A stretch of 62,863 bases of DNA, counting the filler, from Vannella sp. (Eukaryota), in the NCBI GenBank assembly GCA_023345925.1. It is 7 parts of 7 records of this genome, joined end to end, with 100 filler letters (N's around TTAATTAATTAA, not from the genome) between each part and the next. Parts side by side here need not be neighbours in the genome. Positions count along the whole stretch, not along the records: positions 1 to 16,979 come from JAJQQN010000184.1; positions 17,080 to 23,509 come from JAJQQN010000539.1; 5 more parts are not named here. The stretch is one strand, 5' to 3'. The first letter of the stretch is position 1. Each line of letters opens with the position of its first letter. A program made the position numbers and the translations under genes. Positions 14,001 to 23,609 of this stretch are shown piece by piece. The notes below the pieces were generated by a model that saw only the letters and a list, made by a program, of their open reading frames with translations, made no database searches and was not told where the DNA came from.

Positions 14001-16026
14001 CCATGTACTCTCCTTGTGTGAGCACTTGCATGAAGGAGCCCACTTGGAGGTTAGTAGCGTGCCACACTTGGAACATTTCCTCTATCATCCCCAAGTTAAG
14101 CAGGTTTTTGACGGCTCGTTGGTGATCAAAAGCCTGGCAGTTCTCGAGGAACCGATAGAACTCCTGCAACAAGTCCCCGTTCATGTTGATAGAGTTATCG
14201 AGCATGCCAATGCGATACACGTAGCAATAGAACAGCAAATCCGCTAAAACACTGCGTTCTCGAACGCTCAAGGACTCTGCCTGTTTTAACACTAGCGAAT
14301 TCAATTGGACGACGACAATGTCCATTCGCCCAATCTCCAAGAACTTGTAAACCAACTTGTAGATTTGGACGTTTGAAAGAAAGTATAAACTGCCTTATTC
14401 GTCAGTAGCACGCTTCGGAAGAGGGATAAGGTACTTACTCGAGAGCCCTCCCGTGCTTGCCAATCTCGAAATATCTGTCAGCAGCCACTTCATAGAGGTG
14501 CAGAATATCCAATCCCACAGTTGTTCCAAGGGGCTCTGCGTCGGTTTTCTCCATACCCTGAGCAAGGAGACGGAAGAAAATAGTTTCTGGGGGCTGCTTT
14601 GGGCGGCACTCGTAAATTCCGTCGCGGGTCCATATCATAAACCCTTCAAGCACAGCAGAAGAGCAGATCACCGGTGATGAACCGTGCTTCATCGCTCTAA
14701 AGGTTCCACAGATGCGCTGGTCATGAAACTTGAACTCTTGCATGATGGATTCTCGCTGATGTTTGAAGTAATAGCGCCCAGGAGCATCTGTTGTACTAGC
14801 GATCCAATTGGATATCACAAATACTCGAGAACAGCGTTCCTCTTCTGAGTAGCTCGTGGCGAAGGTCAACTTGTCTGTCAAATGAGCAAAAGTGGTGTTC
14901 GACACCAATTGGTACACAAAAAGCGGGTAGTTTGCCAAGTCCGAGGAGTGAACTTCCAACTTGTTCGTATTCGGGAAGTACAAACCCACCAAAGTCCCTT
15001 TGCGGGTCGTGTGGACTCCTAAATTCATTCCATGTTTCTGTTTAACCCATGAATGAGCATGAAATAGAGTACCTGCAAGTCACTTACGTCATTATTCTTA
15101 GCAAAAGGCTGAGTGACAACACCGCTAACAGAGGGAAAGTCAAAGATTGTACGAACGCCTCTTTTCGTTTGCTGTTCTACAGCAATCTGATGGACTTCGC
15201 CCGTGTGATCCTGAATGAGTAAGTACTTGCTCCCAAACTGGTCGTCTACGAAGTAAGCACTGTTAACCCTGTAGAGCTCCAGCCGGATGGTGAACGACTT
15301 CTTGAGCTCGCTTGTGTGAAGATTGATGAAGCGGACAGTCCCTCGGACGGAGATGACGATCGCATAGTCGATGAGCTCCAGCGTTCTCCACCAAAAGATG
15401 AAGCCAGAGGCAAAGGTGCGAGTGCCTTTGACGATACTCTCGTACACAGAGATGTCATCGGTGGGTCCGAGAGAGGACCCAGCGGTGTTTGATCGCTCCG
15501 CTCCACGACTGTTCTTCAATGGAGGAGCAGGAGATCCGCGTGGTGAGCCACGCGCAGCTTCTTGGGACTTGGCAGCCCCGCCGATGATCATCGAGAGAAC
15601 GGGGATGAGAATGACCGTCATGTTCGCTGTTAGGACGATGAGGTAGTCTCCAGTAGGGGACCAGCTCATCGAGAAGATCTTGCGGTCAGCTGTGCGGTAC
15701 CAGCGGATGTTGCGGATGGTTGGCGTTCCGCTTGCTCCCACGTAACGGAAAACCAAGTAGCCTGAACCCTTGAGTGAGGTTTGGGAAGAAAGAGAAGGAT
15801 AGGACATACCAGTGGAGACGTATAGTGCAATGAGGGAGTGTTCGGCTGCACTAACAGCCTCCACCTTCTCAATGCAAGCGGGCGATGGCTTTGAGATAAA
15901 CCGAGCCGATAACGAAGCTGCTTGCGGAGCTTCCTGCTCACTTTGAACCGAAAGGATCTTCGCAAACTCGAACAACTCGTAATTGTGCGACCGCCCCGTG
16001 GTTCGAGGAGCCAGCGGCTTGCTCAT
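11091..16026 (-). CDS. Large RCC1-repeat protein (beta-propeller-like N-terminus, helical region, RCC1 repeats, C-terminal CGH..CxxC knuckle); claret/GLO-4-like candidate
   Basis: RCC1 repeats (VSCGCNHL..LYTWGSNQSGQLG, LACGFHHS, WGRGTHGKLG) in consecutive same-strand exons; FSCGHSF...CPTC at the end; exon joins approximate. Confidence 0.72.
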
Positions 16027-16609
16027 GACAGCTAATAAATGCTCTGAAAGGTCCGGTCCCACTCGAAAATAATTTCCATCACTAATTTCATTGTGTGCGA
16101 ACAAAAGACTCTGGCTAAGTTGAGGTCTGTTTCCACATTCATAATAATTGCATAATTGTGCAAGATATGGAGGCTGACTCAACAAAGTGGAAGAAATTGA
16201 CAAGGTTGAAGGTTGTCCCAATGCAAGGACCTTCAACAACAGGACCAACACTCCTCCTCACGGAAATTCGGCTGGGAAGTGGCCTAGCATCCTTCCCTGT
16301 CATTAGACACTGAGGAGGAGGAAGAAAGGTTCTCATTCTCAATGGGAAACAAACCAGAGAAAGCCACTTTTGAATGAATGAATGACAAGCTACGCTCTAA
16401 TCCAGAGGGCAGGAGACGAGCCGAACTCAGAATTGACATTTTACTCTAATGTTCTCTCTCTTTGGTCTGCCTATCAATTATTATCTTGTTTGAGGTTAAA
16501 TTCATGGATTAGACGACACAGAAGTCCCGAAAGGTATTTGGATTATTTTTGCGTAGTGACAATAAATGCATAATATTTGTCAAGATTCGTTCCATTCTCT
16601 CCTGTTCTT

Positions 16610-16979
16610 ATGAGGCCAGCTGTGAACGCATGGAAGCAACTCTTCTACAGAGCCTCTCCGATTCAAGAGATCATCACTCTTCAGCATCGGCAGAGTGTGC
16701 AGCAACCTGAAGAGAAGAGACGTCTGATTGGAGATGAAGAGCATCTGAGAGCCATCATTACCCTTCAAGATCAACTGCTTGAAGAAAGGAAGCAACGGCT
16801 GGCAGAGAAGCAGCATCAACTTCATGAGAAGGAGCATCAACTGCATGAGAAGAGAGCCGAGTTGGAGAGAACTCTGATGATGTCCAAGCAGACATTGGAA
16901 TGCAAGAACGAGGAGCTTCTTTTGAAGAAATCCCAATTGGAAGCAACAACCATGGCGCTCATGAGATCCGAAGGCCACC
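16610..16979 (+). CDS. Coiled-coil hypothetical protein (3' truncated by contig end)
   Basis: Open frame running into the linker; heptad E/K/Q/L-rich, with a 21 bp tandem repeat encoding EKQHQLH/EKEHQLH. Confidence 0.5.
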
Positions 16980-17079
16980 NNNNNNNNNNNNNNNNNNNNN
17001 NNNNNNNNNNNNNNNNNNNNNNNTTAATTAATTAANNNNNNNNNNNNNNNNNNNNNNNNNNNNNNNNNNNNNNNNNNNN
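16980..17079. other. Artificial contig linker (N run + TTAATTAATTAA + N run)
   Basis: 100 nt spacer with stops in all six frames; the same spacer occurs six times. Confidence 0.99.
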
Positions 17080-17127
17080 CCCAACCAAGGCCAGCGGACG
17101 TGGTTTAGTGGGGCCATGAACTCTCTC
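17080..17127 (-). repeat. Dispersed repeat family A, copy 1 (truncated by contig start)
   Basis: Reverse complement GAGAGAGTTCATGGCCCCACTAAACCACGTCCGCTGGCC matches copies at 29730 and 55640. Confidence 0.85.
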
Positions 17128-17227
17128 AAGCCTGCACGAAGGGTCAATTTGCAGCAGAATAGAATTAGTTGGAGGGAATGTCTCGGTTTTTCAGTTTTCT
17201 CTCTTTTCTGCGCTTCTGGAACATTTC

Positions 17228-18139
17228 TTGGTGTCCTTCTGCGGGATGTTGGCAATGCGAGCGACGAGGGCGGTGAGGCTATCAGAAAGAAGCATCAAGC
17301 TTGCCTGTAAACGATTCAACTCCAGTGGAGGAGCTATTTCTGTCCCCTTTGAGAACCCAGACTGGTCCAAGTCTGCGCCTGCGGGGTACCAATATGCTTG
17401 GCTGAAGGAGGCTGACACTGTCACACTGGTTCCTGAAGGTTGGCACACATCGTGTGAAAGAGAAGGTGATAGTATTCGCTACATTGTATCGAAGGAGAAC
17501 CCGGAGGAGAACCAAAACTCCTTCCAAACTGGATTTACTGTGTCGCAATGGAAGGTGAGCGGCCTTCCTGTGGACGCAGTCATGGATCAGGTCTCCAATC
17601 ATAACCTTGGCCTTATTCCTTCCTTGCTCTTGTCGCAGCTCCTCCCTGGCATCAAGGAAGGGGCCTCTCCACAGGAGCGCATGAACGCCATTCGTGCACA
17701 GAACCAAAGCACCTATCTCCTCTCCTTTCTCAAGGATCTGAACATCCACGTGGTAGACTACAAGACTCACAACCTCCCCAATGTCCTCCATCGCAAATCC
17801 ATCGAATTCGTCCAGTATGCTCCTTCCCAGCCTGAGTCTGCGTCTTCCCCCGCTTCAAAGGAAGTAATAGAAGCTCCTGAGCATCCAGAAGGAGCCTTGG
17901 AAGAGGAGAAGGAGGTCCTCGACGACACTTACGTGCTGAGCCACACAATCGCCCTTCCTGCACGGAACTCTGTGATGTCCCTGGTACTTGAGTGCCCTCT
18001 AGAACACTACCAAGCCACCAAACCTGTCTTTGACGTCGTCATGGACCACTCCGTGCTCTCCTGCCACTCCGAAACCAGCCGCGTCCTCTTCTCTGATGTT
18101 CTCCTCAACAAAGGGCGTTTGGGTGGTCCCCAAGAGTAA
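17228..18139 (+). CDS. Hypothetical protein, probable mitochondrial presequence
   Basis: 303 aa intronless ORF; Arg/Ser/Ala-rich N-terminus poor in acidic residues; the ATG start is probably slightly downstream of 17228. Confidence 0.7.
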   Translation: MVSFCGMLAMRATRAVRLSERSIKLACKRFNSSGGAISVPFENPDWSKSAPAGYQYAWLKEADTVTLVPEGWHTSCEREGDSIRYIVSKENPEENQNSFQTGFTVSQWKVSGLPVDAVMDQVSNHNLGLIPSLLLSQLLPGIKEGASPQERMNAIRAQNQSTYLLSFLKDLNIHVVDYKTHNLPNVLHRKSIEFVQYAPSQPESASSPASKEVIEAPEHPEGALEEEKEVLDDTYVLSHTIALPARNSVMSLVLECPLEHYQATKPVFDVVMDHSVLSCHSETSRVLFSDVLLNKGRLGGPQE

Positions 18140-18236
18140 GAAGCTCCGTATCATAGTGCAAATAAACAGAACTTGACCTTCTCCGATGGCGGGAAAGCGG
18201 ATTTCCTCGTACTTACACACATTTCCCCTTGGCCCG

Positions 18237-19310
18237 ATGGTGCGTGCTACCGATGGTGGGTGCTCCCCTTCCTCCTGCTGATGGCTGTTGCAGTTCTCCT
18301 TTGGAAGGAACCCTCAGCGTGTGCAAGGTCCTTATAAGCAGCAGCTTCGATGCCACTCTATGGCGTACATTTCCCGTCCTGAGTTAGATTGTGGTGGAAA
18401 GAGTACGTTGTTGCGCCTGTGCTCTCGCTTTCTTCGATGCGAGGAAGCTTGTTTGCTTATTCTTTGATCTTTAGTTATCCTCCCGCCTTCTGCCTTGGAT
18501 TGGCTTACTCAGCTCAGCATTGACTATCCCATGCTCTTCTGCCTCCGCAATGACGAGCGTGGCATCAAGACCTACAGTGGAGTCTTAGAGTTTGTAGCAG
18601 AAGAGGGCATATGCTACCTTCCCTATTGGATCATGAGTCGCCTTCTGATCGAGGAGGGCGAATTCATTACAATAACCAGTGCTACTCTGCAGAAAGGGAC
18701 CTTCGTGCGACTGCAGCCGCATACTACTGCCTTTATCGACATATCTAACCCTCGTGCAGTGCTGGAAATGGCCTTCAGGGCCTATTCTACGCTCACAGTG
18801 GGCGATACGATCAAGGTCGAGTACAACAATCGCACGTATCTCATTGATGTGCTCGAGGTGAAGCCTGAGAACTCGTTTAACTCGATCACAATCATCGAGG
18901 CTGACTTGGAAGTGGACTTTGCCCCTCCTCTTGACTATGTGGAGCCTGTCAGGCCTGTTCCTGTCGTCCCAGTGGCGGCCCCAGCCCCAGAGCCTGAGGA
19001 GCAGCCTGTAGAAACCCCTACTTTTGTTCCCTTCGTAGGCAAGTTTCACACTCTAACAGGGCAACCTCCCAAGCAGCTTCCACGATCTCCTACTGCCAAG
19101 CCAGCCCCTCCGCCAGTCTCCTCCGTCACTGCTCCAAAGGACGTCGTCTTCCAAACCCGTGAGCAACTCAAACGTGGCAACTCCACACCAGTTTCGGACC
19201 CCAACAAGCCCAAGAGAAGGAGGCGAGGCGAGACCATCGAGAGCATTCCCGAAGCTCCCAAAAAGAACGATTTTGCTTCATTCCATGGTCGTGGCCACTC
19301 ACTACGCTGA
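18237..19310 (+). CDS. UFD1: Ubiquitin fusion degradation protein 1
   Basis: GGK|ILPPSAL, YPMLF, GVLEFVAEEG, LQPHT, NPRAVLE, DLEVDFAPPLDY; C-terminal SHP-like FHGRGHSLR; two short 5' introns. Confidence 0.95.
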
Positions 19311-19411
19311 TAAACAACTCATTCTTCACTTGCTTTTGAGTTCAAAGTCGCCAAAAAGCTCATTTCGAGGTCATTTGTTTCGCGCTCTCCCGCTCCTCAC
19401 ACGGAAGCACG

Positions 19412-20926
19412 ATGATCCGTAGTTTGTTCATTGTAACAGAAGCAGGGTAAGGAAAACATAGCGGTGGTTGTGCTGAAGCCTTGAGAAGGAGGTTTGGTTG
19501 CATGCAAAGAGGGGCGAACTAATGAGTGTCGTTTGCAGGGATATCCTCATCGAGAAGCACTGGAGGGGCTTCCTGAATCGCTCTATCATTGACCAGTTTG
19601 TCAATGAAATCAACAAGTACTCATCCCCTGCCGAAGTGCCGCCCATCATCGCTACTTCCAAGTTTTACCTCATCCACTTCCACGCGGGCAACCTCTTCTT
19701 CGTCTGCCCCGTCCAAGGAGATGTGCCACCTCTTCTAGTGTCTGACTTCCTGTACCGCTTCGTAGACATCCTCAAGAACTACTTTGATTCCATTTCCGAG
19801 GAGGTCGTTAAGCAGAACTTCGTTACCGTCTACCAGGTACGTCTCATCTCATAGACATAGCTCTCTCTTGGCCACTGCTATGTGATGTGCGATTTTAGGG
19901 CCTTGCTGACCTGTGGTGGGACAGCTCCTTGATGAGGTGATGGACAGCGGTATGCCGTTCAATACGGAGGCCAGCGTGTTACGTGGAATGGTGCCTCCTC
20001 CATCTATTATCCCTTGGACGCAGGATAAGAAGCTAGAGATCCCTCCTGAGCTTAGTACAAGCATCCCTTGGCGCCACAGCGTCAAGTACACGTCGAACGA
20101 GATCTTCTTTGACATCACAGAGGAGATGGATGCCATCATTGACGTGTATGTGGACCTCTCTGTGGCCAGATTGCAGTTAGAGTGAAGCTGACGGGGGCGT
20201 TTGGTCCAGGAACGGGATGGTGATCAGCAGCTCCATTTTTGGTACCGTGGAGACGCTCTGCAAGCTCTCTGGTATGCCTGACCTCACTCTGCGTTGGAAC
20301 AACCCTCGTCTCTTCGATGACGCCAGCTTCCACCCCTGCGTGCGTCTGAGCAAGTATGAGATGGACCGCGTTGTCTCTTTCGTGCCACCAGATGGCCAGT
20401 TTACGCTGATGAAGTACCGGTAAGTTGCTGGGCACTTTGCTACCCAAAGGAGGCTGACAGAAGGGCCAGAATCTATCAGATCATCCAACCACCAATGTAT
20501 TGCAAGCCTTCTATCTCTTTCAGTGAGACTGGCGGCCGTGTCAGCATCATGGTTGGACCTAAGAACTGTGGAGACAAGGTGGTAGAGGATGTCGAGATTG
20601 TTGTGCCCCTCCCCGCTTGTGTGTCTACCCACCACTTGGAACCCACCGTGGGCCACACCAAGTACGATGACAGAACCAAAACACTGCGGTGGTTCATCTC
20701 CAAACTGCCAAAGGACAAAGTACCCATGCTGGAAGGCAGTCTGACATTGATGCCCGGAGCGTCACCTCCAGATGCCAATCCCACCATTCGTGTCCACTTC
20801 AATGTGTCCATGTTCGCTGCCTCAGGCATCAAAGTAGAAGCTCTTGCTCTTCATAACGAGCCCTACAAGCCATTCAAAGGTGTCAAGTTCTACTCTCGCG
20901 CAGGTCACTTCGAGATTCGGACTTAA
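19412..20926 (+). CDS. AP3M: AP-3 adaptor complex mu subunit (multi-exon)
   Basis: [63 protein letters not shown]. Confidence 0.93.
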
Positions 20927-21159
20927 TCTTTCTCGAATACACTTTCATTGCTCTCAGTCAGGCCCCACAGCGCGGTAAATACATCAAATCTAGCAATCTA
21001 CCACTCTGGCTCTCACTATAGTCCTCAGAAAGAGCGGAGAGTCCTTTGTTTTGTGTCTTTTGGGGGGAATCGATTATACCAAGGGAGAGAGAGTCCATTA
21101 GACATGAGGAATACACTTTAATGGCACAAATGAGTTGCAAGAGATGATAGAATGGTGAC

Positions 21160-22829
21160 TCACGCGTTAGCTACGTGAAGGAGAGAGTTCACGAGGAGAT
21201 TGCAGCCATCAGTGAGTGTCTCCCAGCCATCCTTGGAGATGGTGGTGGATGGCGGCCACATGTTCAAGGAAACTGAGCAGTGCCTCTCCCCAATAATACG
21301 CTCTGCAACGAGGGGAACGCCGTCTTCCCACTCGGCAATCAATTCACTGCCGTCACTAACAGTCGTTTGTACCCGCCACGATTGGAATCCTCCATCGAAA
21401 GTGGATACTCTGTGAAGAATGGGATGGTCAGGGAGCACTCTCTTCCCCAGAACATGGCGAGAATCGTGAGAACGCTGCCCGCGTTTCAGTGCCGAATACT
21501 TTTCCCGATGGAATCGTCCCCCTACTCCATGGCAATCCGAATCTGTAGCAATAGCAGCAACCACAACTCCTCCTCCACCATCTAGATAGTCTGCGAGGAT
21601 GTCACCGAGGTCGTCAGGCTCAGTGAAAGCACTGGAAGAGAATACCAAGACTGCATCGTATTGCTCGCATTGAGCAAGGCTTGGCTGGTCCACGTTTGGA
21701 TTAATAGCATCAGCACTCACTAAACATGCTTTGGAAATCATCTGCTTGACCTCAAAGGCCCAATCCGTGCCGATAATCAAGAACCGTATTCGTGACTTGG
21801 CCGAGAATGGAAGCTCCGGCTGCTTCCCTACCTTGGCACAGAGGAAAGAAAACAGTTGAACCAACTCATCTGGTGTTAGAACACCGCTTGGAACGACTTC
21901 CTCAACGACCTCTTCTGAGGTAATCAAAGGGAAGCGAATGCTCGTGTACACTTCAGCCAGCACCTGCCTCCTGTTCTCCTTGGTGGCAGGCAGGCGCTGT
22001 CTCTTACACTCACTTTCAGCCCACCGTAAGCATGCACGAAAGACAAAGATCTCTCGAACACCCAAACGGTCACTTTGGAGGATGGTCCTCAACCCGGCTG
22101 CGGGAATGTCTCGGAAACTGACGCTATCGAGGACGTCCTTGGAGTGCCGTTCGATAAGACGGAGGCATTGTTGTTCTAGTTCACTCTCGTCAAACATCTG
22201 GGCTTGGGAGAAGATCAGGCAAGCATTCCTTCGTGTTAAAGAGACCCGCAGGAAGTTTACGCAAGCTTGGCTCAGTCCTTGAATGCCATACTTCTTTGCA
22301 CCATATAGGGTGCCCATAGCTATCGCTTTGGTGTTAGAATGGGCCGCTAAGGTCAAGAACAAGGCAAGTTCGTACCTGTGTCTGGTGAAAACGAGGCTTT
22401 CGCTGTGTATACGAAGCGAAGGACAGCAAGAAAGGAAGTAGGATCCATATCTGGCACTTCAATGTCCATATCAGAGCTTCCCTCGCGCATGGGACCGCAC
22501 AGCATCCTCTCGAACACTTCACTTCTCGCGCAAAGGATTAATCGATGAGCAGGGATCCGCTTCTTCTCTTCCTCAATGCCAACTACAAAGTGTACATCAC
22601 AGAGTAGCTCGTTATTGTAAAGATTGGCAAAGGTATCCAGCAGAGCTGCCTTCTGCCTCTCGTCAACCTCCTCTTCGTCCTCGTCCGAGTAAACCTCGCT
22701 TCCCTCCTCAAAGTCCTCTGGCTTCTGCTTCCTCCTCTTCCTTCTCAGCTTGCGCGATGATCTACGCTCCCTTCGCTCCCTCCCACTCGAAGACGAAGCC
22801 GTTGCGCTCGTCCCTGAGGAGCGGAGCAT
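21160..22829 (-). CDS. BTB/POZ-BACK domain protein with atypical C-terminal alpha/beta domain
   Basis: CDVHFVVG..IPAHRLILCARSEVFERM (BTB); AKKY..L..C, EIFVFRACLRWA, IRFPLI (BACK); one intron near 22335-22375. Confidence 0.88.
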
Positions 22830-22902
22830 CTTGAAATGGCTCCTTCTGGTACCCTGTGCTCCTCAGCATGAACTGAACACAAACAAGACTTTATGAACAC
22901 CT

Positions 22903-23331
22903 CTATACAAGTAGGAGAGCTCCACAGACGGCTGCAAAGCTGACAAACAGGGAAGAAGCGGGTGCGTCGTCATCAACAGAGGTGAAAGGATCAGAAGTCA
23001 TGACAGAGGAAGGAGCATCGAGAGTGGTAAAGAGGTTGGAGCTCTCCTGCTCTTCCTTGCATTCACCCTCAGCAGCAATGGAAGCGGAAGCTCCATGTGC
23101 AACACAATCACTCGCATACGTCTTCCCATCACAGCCACAGACAGGAGCATAGATCATTGTACAGATTTGAGGCACTGCTTGGCAGACACCGGGCTCGTTG
23201 CATCCGTAATCAAAGGCACAGAACTGTCCGTTAGAACACTCGTCGTCCCCAGCACACGTTGGCCTCGCCATGATACCCATTACGCCAACAAAACACAAGG
23301 ACAAGAGAGCAACAGCGACGAAGACCTTCAT
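22903..23331 (-). CDS. Secreted/GPI-anchored Kazal-type protease inhibitor
   Basis: Signal peptide; CTMIYAPVCGCDGKTYASDC Kazal motif; Ser/Thr stalk; hydrophobic C-terminus. Confidence 0.88.
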   Translation of the reverse strand: MKVFVAVALLSLCFVGVMGIMARPTCAGDDECSNGQFCAFDYGCNEPGVCQAVPQICTMIYAPVCGCDGKTYASDCVAHGASASIAAEGECKEEQESSNLFTTLDAPSSVMTSDPFTSVDDDAPASSLFVSFAAVCGALLLV

Positions 23332-23509
23332 CCGCACACTTCCGACAAAGAAATGAATGAGAATACGATTTCTCGGCTCTGATTGGCCAAATCTACGACT
23401 TCCCTTGCTCTTCCAGATGTTTAAGACTTTAGGAAAGGAGGCTCGCTCAGTACTACACGTAGAAACGAACTTGTCTTGAGAACAAGGAGCTTGTGCAAAA
23501 GTCCAATGT

Positions 23510-23609
23510 NNNNNNNNNNNNNNNNNNNNNNNNNNNNNNNNNNNNNNNNNNNNTTAATTAATTAANNNNNNNNNNNNNNNNNNNNNNNNNNNNNNNNNNN
23601 NNNNNNNNN
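23510..23609. other. Artificial contig linker
   Basis: N run + TTAATTAATTAA + N run. Confidence 0.99.
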
